Positions 54,418-64,000 of a stretch of DNA of 64,000 bases are shown here, one piece after another. The notes beneath the pieces were generated by a model. That model was given only the letters and a program-made list of their open reading frames with translations, made no database searches and was not told where the DNA came from. Position 1 is the stretch's first letter, and each line of letters begins with the position of its first letter. A program made the translations under genes and the position numbers. Source of the DNA: Williopsis jadinii (Eukaryota); the NCBI GenBank assembly GCA_024346625.1, contig AP024664.1:372001-436000 (forward strand), read 5' to 3'.

Positions 54418-55770
54418 TCAAACAGAAAGAGCTCCAGTCTCTGGTGCTTGTTCTGATTTAACACTATCGTTATCCTGGATAGAAGGTAATGCATCACGCC
54501 ATCTCTGTCTAAGATCAGGACATATGTAAAGACCATCTGTACCTTTTGTTGTGATGTGAGCCAACCATTCATCAGCAGTCATAACCTCACCACATGGGCA
54601 TTGTCCACTGTAGTTCAACTTCTCATTTAACCCGTTAAATCTCCTCACTTTTGGATCGTCGAATGCAAAATGGGCATGAAGTAAATGTTTCTTATAGTCA
54701 TACTGTCTGTTGAAATACCCAGACTTATGAGCACAGTTCTCTCTTGGGTAGATGCATTTGAAACGTGACACAGACTCATGAATTCTCATGTGTCTAGACA
54801 TGTCTCTTGAGATTAAACGTCCACACTTATGACATGTTTGAGCCCTTGGAACCTTGCGCACATTGGATGAAGTTGAGGAGTTTGACGTTGAAGAAGATCC
54901 AACAACAGCAGAGATAGAGGCTGAACTGTTGTTCAAAGAATTGACAGTGCTCTGTTGACCACTAGTGTAATGACTGCTTACACTGCTGAAACTGCTAGTG
55001 CTCAAACCTGCAGATGGAATCATATAAGGCTGCTGAGGTGGGAAATATGTCCCTTCTGAGACAGTTCTCTGAATAATTGGCTGTGATTGAATCGGAGGTT
55101 GTACCTGCTGAGGAGCTTGTTGAAGTGGAGTTTGTACTTGTGATTGTGACTGTGGTTGTACTTGTTGAGCTTGTTGCAACTGCTGGACCTGTTGTTGATG
55201 CTGTTGTGCTTGTGGAGCCGGTGTGAGTTGTCCATCAGGAATCTGAGATATTGGACCAACTTGTAGAAGTTGATGCTGTGGCGATGGGAAGTAACGTGGC
55301 TCCATCTCATAACTCGGCTTGTACGCATTATATGACTGCTGTTGATGTTGTTGTTGTTGTTGTTGCTGTAGCTGTAACTGTTGTTGTTGCGCTTGCATCT
55401 GTTGCTGTTGCTGTAGTTGTAGCTGCTGCTGTTGCTGCTGTATCTGATTCGACTGCAAGTCATTGGTTTGTTGATATGACTGTTGAGGCTCTGAGATTTG
55501 CATTGAAGCGTAGTTTCCTGGATAAATGGGTTGCATTCCACCTTGCTGCTGCTGCTGATATTGTTGTTGCTGCATCATCTGGAAGTTCATCTGCTCTTGA
55601 TACCTCTGTTGGTCTCCAAACGTTGCCGGTGCCATTGCCGTTGTATCGTACATATTCATTGTTCCGTTTGCGGTGTTGTTGATCGAGATCTGTGACGATG
55701 TGTTCGACTGATCATTAGGAATTCCCTGCTGCATAGGAAAGTGAATTGGCCTCACGCTCTCAGTAAGCAT
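54418..55770 (-). CDS. Gln-rich C2H2 zinc-finger transcription factor, 450 aa
   Basis: CHKCGRLISRDMSRHMRIH; CIYPRENCAHKSGYFNRQYDYKKHLLHAH; CPCG...WLAH; long Q-rich N-terminal half. Confidence 0.88.
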   Translation of the reverse strand: MLTESVRPIHFPMQQGIPNDQSNTSSQISINNTANGTMNMYDTTAMAPATFGDQQRYQEQMNFQMMQQQQYQQQQQGGMQPIYPGNYASMQISEPQQSYQQTNDLQSNQIQQQQQQLQLQQQQQMQAQQQQLQLQQQQQQQHQQQSYNAYKPSYEMEPRYFPSPQHQLLQVGPISQIPDGQLTPAPQAQQHQQQVQQLQQAQQVQPQSQSQVQTPLQQAPQQVQPPIQSQPIIQRTVSEGTYFPPQQPYMIPSAGLSTSSFSSVSSHYTSGQQSTVNSLNNSSASISAVVGSSSTSNSSTSSNVRKVPRAQTCHKCGRLISRDMSRHMRIHESVSRFKCIYPRENCAHKSGYFNRQYDYKKHLLHAHFAFDDPKVRRFNGLNEKLNYSGQCPCGEVMTADEWLAHITTKGTDGLYICPDLRQRWRDALPSIQDNDSVKSEQAPETGALSV

Positions 55771-58700
55771 ATATCCTTTATGATACCTTAACAGACCTTA
55801 AAATGAAAGAGGTAGTGTTGGGTTTATCTGAGTCAACTGGAGGCACTTCTTGTTCTTGTTTGCAACCGTTCAAGATAATACCATAAAAGATCAGACGATT
55901 ATCAAGGGAAGACAAAATGTGCAGATTTGTGACGTTTTTTTCCAATCAAATAGAGAAATAGTGTGTATAATATATGGCCCAATTAATATTATCACCACTG
56001 TATAGATGGTAAAAAAACGTTGGTAGACAGATATATTCGAAGAAATATCAAAAGAAAATAAAAGAGAAAGCACAACACAGGCGGATGCCTCGGTGCTTAT
56101 ATGTGCATTTTAGGCCCTCTCGGTGTGATTAAATTCTTTCATTTTTCTTTGAGAACCAAATTGCCGTACAGCCCTTCTTCCACTGTGTGACAAGTTCCAC
56201 TGAACAGGCTGATTCATAGTAAGCCTTTTTTTGCCCTTCTCTCAAGGTCCCACGTCTCTCTTGTGCTTGTACTTTCTGACCGTACGGCGTACAGGAATCG
56301 ACGTACCCAGAATTTAGGTCCCGGTGGAACTAGGCATCAGAGTCGTCTCGATATGAACGAACTTCAACGTACATAGCACATGAACTTACACACATAAAGA
56401 AAAAAAAGAAAACTGTCTCTTTGGGATGTACCACTTGCTGCCTGCAGAGTCCAAATTGCAATTGTGTGTATAGAGTTGGGATAACCGAACAGCATTGCTT
56501 GTGTGTCTAGATTGTACAGTACTTAAGATAATTGTGATACATCCCATTCCTAGATATTGCACTTTGATATTATAGCGAGGTCACCATCATCTTAGAGCAC
56601 TTACTATGATTTAGCCCCCTTTAGCTCCGTGACTGTGGGCAGGAAGAATAAAAACAAGTTGTAACTTTCATAACCCCAACAGAGCCAAAATAAAAAGAAA
56701 AGAAGCCAAAGGGTGTGTTTTACGTGTGCTATCTCATATCTATGTTATATGTATGAGACTGATGGTATGCTGGCCGGAATTGGAACACACATGCATATGC
56801 AATGCACTGCTTAAAAGGCAAAAAAAGAAGAAAGTAGGCAGATCTGAACAGCCTAAATTAACCGTTGTCAAAACTTTCAAAGGCGAAGGATATTTCGTGG
56901 TCCCTGGGCCCGTCAATCGTAACATCAAACTTAGGGCGTATTTAGATCAAATCAGAGATGAGGTTTGCGAGCCAAACGTGAAGGTAAGGAGGAAGGTTAA
57001 AATCCTAATTTCCACTTCGGGGGTTTCTGTCATGAATTACATGAGCGCTGTATATAACACGAGGGGACCAAAGGAAAGGCAGAGCGTAGCTTTTTTGCCG
57101 TGATAAATTGAATTGTACACGTCTATAGCATGAGTCGCTTGTTTGTACATTTCTACACTTGAAGAACACACCACTGAACTGAGAATATCTCTTGCACTTA
57201 AGACCTTTCGTTGCGAACCCGGTCTTCGTCAGCATTTTTGTACATCACCATGCATGAAGTTTCATGTATGCGGCTATGCACAATCTGCATGCAGGTGAAT
57301 AGAAAGTATAATTCCGCCTCCCTGTGCATTATCTGCATACATTTCATGTGTCTGTCTCAGTCATTATTACTGCTGTGGTTACCAGGTAAGCATTGTATAC
57401 GGCAGTGTTCTGCCTTGTTTGTTCCATAATGAAGTAGGAATCCCATGGGTAGCTTCAATATCACACTGGGGATTAGAAACCTGTGTAGTATTATATGAGA
57501 GTGAATGGGTTTAGTGGTTGTGTCAGGAGTCAGAAACGTGCATGAAGATTGTTCTAAAATATATTTACACCATTGAATTGCGAAATGGTATACTCCACGG
57601 GATCGACCTTGATTCATAATATCAAAAGAAAGTGGATGTAAACAACACGGATACATGTAGCTATATTGCAACAGGGGATTCGGTACGAGAATTGACCAGT
57701 CCGATTGTCCTATTGAGAGTATTTCCATCAATTAAAATTGAAGCGGATTAAATTGTCATATCAGGCGTCCTATCACTAGGTACAAACGGCTTTTTCTATA
57801 CGATCCGTGGAAATGTGAAGATAAGATGCCTTTGCAGACCAAAAGGTCGATCACAGGATACTTGTACCGCTGGATCAAATGGAAGCTGAGTTGACTATAC
57901 CCTGTGATCTGCTTGTTGAACAGTTGAATATCAGCATGGAGTACATACAACATTCAATTCGGCGAAGATCACTGCGTGCCACAAGGTTTACAATTTGCGC
58001 ATTGATCTGTATTAACACTGATCTTCTGTCGACGAGCCACGTATTGCCTTAGTTGGAGTATCTGTGTCTCTCGAGGGAATAGTACCCAAGTTGTGACCAT
58101 TTTGGGTGTTTTCCATTAGTTATGGGCTAGAACAAAAAAAACACTCAAGTAAACAATTGTCCGAATCTCAACTCATTTCGTGTTTCTACAGGAGTTGAAA
58201 TAGTACTAATGGTAGACATACAAGCTAATACTGGGAAATGTCGGATAGTGAAAAGGTATTGAGTTCCATGCGTGCGTTTTGCTTGCCAACTACCGCCCCA
58301 TTACATATATAAGACAGATCCGAGAGAAAAAATATCGAAAACTGTTTTGTCAAAGAGTACGCAGTTAAAAAAGCTGTAAATACTCCAAGTTCTACTCAAT
58401 TGGTTAATAATGCACAGTATCAACATATACACCAATAGCTGAAAGGTATACAAGCGCCTTTCCTAATTGAGATGAATCATCAGTAAGCTCGGATACATAT
58501 GTCCAAGGGCTAAATGGCAATATTTAAAGTCTTGGTTTTTGGATCCAAACCATTGCCTTCTTTACAGCCAAACATTCTACTTTGGAGTTAAACCAAGAAG
58601 AATGTTCTAAGCGTCAATCTCTTTTAGGAAATATCACACCGCATAGATGGTAGAGTGGGGTGCTCACAATAAGGTGACTGCACTCGGTTCAACTCTGTTT

Positions 58701-61700
58701 AGTTTTGCAGTCCGAGCACTGAAAACCAGCATTTCTCAGCAAAAAAACGTATCTTTCGATGGCTATTACTCTCAGAAACTGCCTTATATTGTCTTCATAT
58801 CACTTTCAAAAATCATTGTTCCTGATGGCGGTATTTTCTACCGTTGATCTCCACATAACCCGACAATAACGGTTTTGACTTGACACTTCTCTTGTGAGCT
58901 TAGCCGAGCTGCTCATTTGAACGGCATACACACGATGCTCATCATATTAGAACTTACACTGACACACGTAGATTTGTAACACCACATCATGATCAGAAGT
59001 GGTAATTAGTGGCTCAGTATAAGGTACTTAAAAATAAGACACGTTGCAGGATTTAAGATGGCATGCTTGATGAGATCGAAAAGATCAGCCCATTCTGTCT
59101 ATGTGTGTAGATGGGAGCACAATGGGCTATAGGTATCGTTCTTTAATATTTTCGGGTGTACCTTAATAATGGCAATTTCCTTCAAAAAAGGACTGATGTT
59201 TGAAGCATTGTTTGCAATCGGACACAGTTCAAACCATCAACAGAAGTCTCTTGTTCGATGAATTATACGATATCTGCACCTCCAAATGAGCACTAAATCA
59301 TCCACAGGCGGGCTCTATCAGAGGTAAGGCTAACAACTAGACAAAGAAATAACACAGAGAACAGAACATCCAACTCTAACAGACGTCTCAGAGCTGCGCC
59401 AATTGAAGGTGGCCTAAAGTTGAATGAGAATTAAAGCAAGATGAAAAATGGTCCAAATTGCACTTCACGTGGAAACAGATTTGACAAACGTATTTCCGGG
59501 AGGCTTTTCAAGGTGAAAGGCGGTTGTTTTAGTTGTTTTTGAGGGCTCGTATCCAGTGTCGGCAATGCTATACTACGCATACGGCCCTTTAAATGACGGG
59601 CTGTGAGGAATAAGATGTCACTGGAACAGGTTCTAGTTGTTTTCCTTATGAATAGCACAAAGCTTTAGACAAAATGCACAGAACTGCGAAGTGTTTGCTG
59701 CGCGGTTTAATATAAGCGCAAAGTCGAACACAGCGGATTCACTCGACGAACTGTGAAAAGGATGACTTTCGAGCTCCGTGAAGCTTGCAGAGTGCGACTA
59801 GAGCCATTAGAAGATAGCCCTTTGTGGTATTATATTGTTATGAATGGTGACACTCATGCATAATCAGATAGAAAATGATCCAAACCGGTCCTATTGTCCT
59901 AGAGATCTGAGGGCTGTCCGATGTTGTTCCTCCCAGTATATACTTAGGCATACCGTTGCAGGACAACGCACAATGTTTCTACTCAAAGGTGAGGTTAAGT
60001 GACCAGTGAAAACTTTGCGCGTAACTTTAAAGTCAAACATGTAGATGCTTCTGGATATTTTTTCTCGAGTCATAGTTGGAGACAAAGCAGACGTCATCAG
60101 GAGTAGCCATGTACCAATCGTATCTGCCTTTCCTTTCCATATAAATTGAGGCTCTTCCATTGCATGCAAAACTCTAAGTTGTACATTCGAGTGCGATGCA
60201 CCCACCAATCTGACAACTCTCTCCATCCAAATATCCCACTTTCCGCGGAGGTATAGAACAAGAACCTATAGGGTGTCATTGAGGTTTACTCTATGCCTGT
60301 TTCTGTGTGTGGCTGGTAGTATGAATACGGACGAATTGATTGTAGAATAGAGTGGTTTTAATGCACAAATTGGGTCCATATACTACATTAACAGAATGTA
60401 AGGAATGCACTGAATCGTCATCGTGAGTTATCTTGATCTCAATGTCAATTTCACCATGCGGGTGCATGGTATCATTCTCTTTTCCTTTGCTTTTGGACTA
60501 CAAATTGGGAGACATCACAAGTGGAAGATACTTGAGATAAACACACCAAAATAGTATAAATCTCACTCTTTCAGACAGTACACGATCAATTCATCCACAT
60601 AGCTCCACTTTTTATTATTATGGCCATACTACACATATATATGTCCCACGATAATTTCAACCATGTAGTATGCATTTAGCTGGTGCTCTCATTCGTATCT
60701 ATAGCAATAGAGATGGCTTTCAACTATGTGCATATTAATTGACACCGCATGACAATGACTTGTCTTATTCACCGTAACTACAGAAGACAGAGTCTTTCGT
60801 GCGAAAATATCGTGTCAATGAACTACAGTTGGGTGCGTGTGCACTGTGAGGTATGCAGATATATGTTTGTTGAGCAGAATTTTGTGAAGTACCAAAAGGA
60901 ATTGTGGATGACGTCGCGAACCGAGCTTAGTAGTCATGTGCGAGAGTAACAGGCCACTATTCAACACTAACAAATTCAACCCTCTAATTACTGAACAAGT
61001 ACAATCAAGTCTCAAGTAACAGAGACTTTGGATTTCCAATTGCTGCGTTCTGAGCTCCAAGTTTGACGTACTACTCTCTTTTAGGACTATTCGCTCCTGG
61101 TTGGAACTCGAAGACGTTTCACTCACTTCCTAGTGCTGGGTGTTGCTTCAAGATCGCACCAATTTCCTGCAGCCAATCCGTGGATGTTCAATTATTTCAC
61201 AGCTGGAGAGGCTAAAATTGCTCACTTCTATTATTGTATCGCAAATTTTATGCATAAAGGAGATATTTACACACGTGTATACATGAAAGACCTAACAATG
61301 ACGTTATTTCTGTTGAGGATTTCCAAAGTAAGGCTCAATAGTAGTAACCAGCCCAGACGATCCAGTGGTGATTATTCGATACTGCAGTCAGATTCGCAGA
61401 AAGTCCTGATACTTCATGGCATACACCTATATGTATTTCAAACACTAGTTCAGCTCCCTTTCGCAAGCACAGTTTGTAACTTAATGATCTGAATGACTTC
61501 AAACAACAGGCATAATGCATTTTATGCACTTTACACTACATATACGATGCACGATACTGTTTAATTAATCGATGCTGACCTCACGGAGTCCAACCTAACA
61601 AGTTTGTAAAGAGTTGATCAACACCAAATTACCTTTGTGCTAGAGTGTGATCGAAATGGGCGGAATTCTATGAGATGAATCTAAGGTGTATGGACTCCCA

Positions 61701-61790
61701 TCATTGAAGCGTTATCCCACAGAAAAAAAATAATTAAGCAATAATGGTGGCCACCATGGAAACTCATTTTGATTCATCAGCTCCGAATAC

Positions 61791-61824
61791 TATGGCTGCC
61801 ACTCTTATGGCTGCCACTCTTATG
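61791..61824. repeat. 15-bp tandem duplication TATGGCTGCCACTCT (about 2.3 copies)
   Basis: 61791-61805 and 61806-61820 are identical, followed by TATG. Confidence 0.85.
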
Positions 61825-64000
61825 ACCTGGGACTCAATACGTTACAGAGGAGTTCGAGTGCCACAGTAACTCTCTTTTGATATAGTACCATATCTCCCAT
61901 CGCTAATAACTTCTTTATAATCTAAAGCATGTATGTTGTATCCTAATATAAGGCCATTACAGAACACAAGTTTTCAGAGCTCTGTCCATTTAACTGTGGT
62001 TGAGTGGTATACAAAGCTTATGTAAGGATTCTACAAATGGGTGGGGGCTTTAAAATAGTACACAGTATGAAAAAAAACTACATGTGAAAAGCACACATTT
62101 AACTTCCAAGTTCCCAACAACTAGGTTTTTCATATGCAAAGTTATACCAACCAGTTCCGTGAGTTTTCCCATAGCATTGCATAGTACATATGCACTATGT
62201 ATTTATGCATGTGTAGACCGTATGTAGGTCAAGCTTCAATTGTGTTCGGCCCTTTGGTACTGTTTCCTGTTCCTCATGAATAGTATGCAGTAACAGGTGT
62301 TCTCATTTTGTTTCTAAGAACGGCTTATATTTCGTGAACAGTGATGTCTGGCCGCAGTGGTCCGTTACATGAAACCAGAATATACCGAGGTTTTGAGATC
62401 AGACATGATTTTTCGTTATATGATCAAACTATTTGTTATTGAGCTTTTGATTCAAACTCCAAGTGTTGATTGAACATTGTGGTTTCATTTTTCTCTTAAC
62501 TTGCAGGCTGCTGCCGACACAGATGCTCATATACCCTCTAGTAATCATGATATATGCGTATGCAGATCTGTAAGTTCCTGTGTCTTATATCAAGACCGAG
62601 ATTGATTGCAGTCTAGAAATCGTAAAAGGAAGCTGAAATATCACCTTTCAATAAAAGCCTCGAAGTTTCAACACACTTGTAAGTGCCTAACCGGCATGTA
62701 CTTGTAAGTGCTTTGAAAGCTGCCATATACTGCTGATTACTATGTTCATGTTCATAAACCAATTGGGCATAGAGCTCAGGTGTCGGCCGCGTCTGGGCTT
62801 TGTGCTTTGTATACATCAAGTTTGATAGACAACACAGCTATTTAGTTCAGATTCCAACTTGCTAGGAAGCAGAGCTGTAATGTGATAAGCGGTTTAATTC
62901 CTCGACTGCATGTATATGAGGCCACAACAGTACCATGTTGGTAGCTTTGGCCATCGACTTGAAAGTTCTAGCTACTACTGGGCTCTACAGACATGGGCTT
63001 CAACCAACGCCAAAATACCATGATTAACCAATATTATGACTTGCTTCTGTTACACGAGCTGTACATTCATGTTGTGTAATTGAAAAGCATCTCATGTATA
63101 CACTCATTGTATGGATATTAAAATTTAGACTTGTCAGTATTGGAACTTTAGCGGCTCGTGAGTGGCGACCGCGTGACTTACCCTTCCCCAACTAGCATTA
63201 TCACTGCAGATCACAATCTAAGATTTCTACCAACTTCTCAAAGCAGAACGTCCTGTTGCACGAATGAGTCTGTAAAATTACCCAGTGGGATGCATATCGC
63301 ATATTAACTTTGACGATTAGTACTGATTTCCAAGTGATCAGCGGTCATTATACCACTCTGCACGTTGAAGATGGTGTGCTTCCTAGCAAATAATCATCAA
63401 ACATATTAAGGTTTTAAGGAACAATGTAGTACGCGGCACATGCGTCGTTGCTCTACAATAAGTTATGATCTTATACTCACGGAACATGGTCGCTGCGTAT
63501 CTGAACAACACAAAAGTCCTTATCGATTTAGCCAGTCTGATTGACTACATGTGCCTTAAATCAAAGTAAAATGAGCCATTACTACACTTAGAGAAGAATA
63601 CTTTTGTTTTGATACCCAAGCATAACAAAAGCTCCTGTATTCCACCTCGATATGCACCAGAAATAGTGACCTGTTGAATACTGATGATGTCTAATCTCCT
63701 CTTTGGGCGTGAGTATATAACGTCCAGGATTTTTCTCAACGATCTAAAGTATGCCACTGTACCCCTCGAATGCTTCAGTTTCTGAAATCAGCAGGAGTGA
63801 CAAGGCGACTCGGCAGCCTCCTGGCTCCGGAGATATTCAATGACGCTGAATTGAAACAAATTGTAGATCCGACATGCCTCAGGCTCTAAAAGTTCATGCG
63901 TATGGTGATTGGGGTTAATGAGGTCAAGGTGTTCAATATGTATAGCTCACAATGCACTATGGCATAAAGGCTGCTAGCAAATCATGAGCTAGTGCAGGGC

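Noticed and set aside
55891..63757. Short ORFs (60-125 aa) in the terminal non-coding region
   Set aside because: Mostly non-ATG starts, random-like composition, and no gag/pol/transposase or other motifs.

Overview
Gene-dense budding-yeast (Saccharomycotina) chromosomal segment. The LEU2 protein ([22 protein letters not shown]..., 363 aa) looks like the Cyberlindnera jadinii (Candida utilis) enzyme as I recall it; the species call is an inference. CTG codons fall at conserved Leu positions of LEU2, so the standard code applies. Core genes in order: FYV8 (spliced), SKI6, YPP1, LEU2, RLP7, RFX1 (53-Gln tract), FBP26 (two introns), TRM1, SWF1 (spliced), a fungal transcription-factor-domain protein, NHA1, tRNA-Leu(CAG), a 61-aa microprotein, PAM17, VPS35, an NAD kinase, MUB1, CLC1, MDJ1 and a Gln-rich C2H2 zinc-finger regulator, followed by more than 8 kb with no credible ORF. 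The most interesting element is a roughly 9-kb accessory block between FBP26 and TRM1: an amino-acid permease, a flavocytochrome b2-like dehydrogenase with an altered active site, a DHDPS-family class I aldolase and a frameshifted aldehyde dehydrogenase. It reads like an uncharacterised catabolic gene cluster. Also notable is that the CUG-decoding tRNA-Leu carries the alanine identity pair G3:U70. All assignments come from reading motifs by eye; no searches were run.
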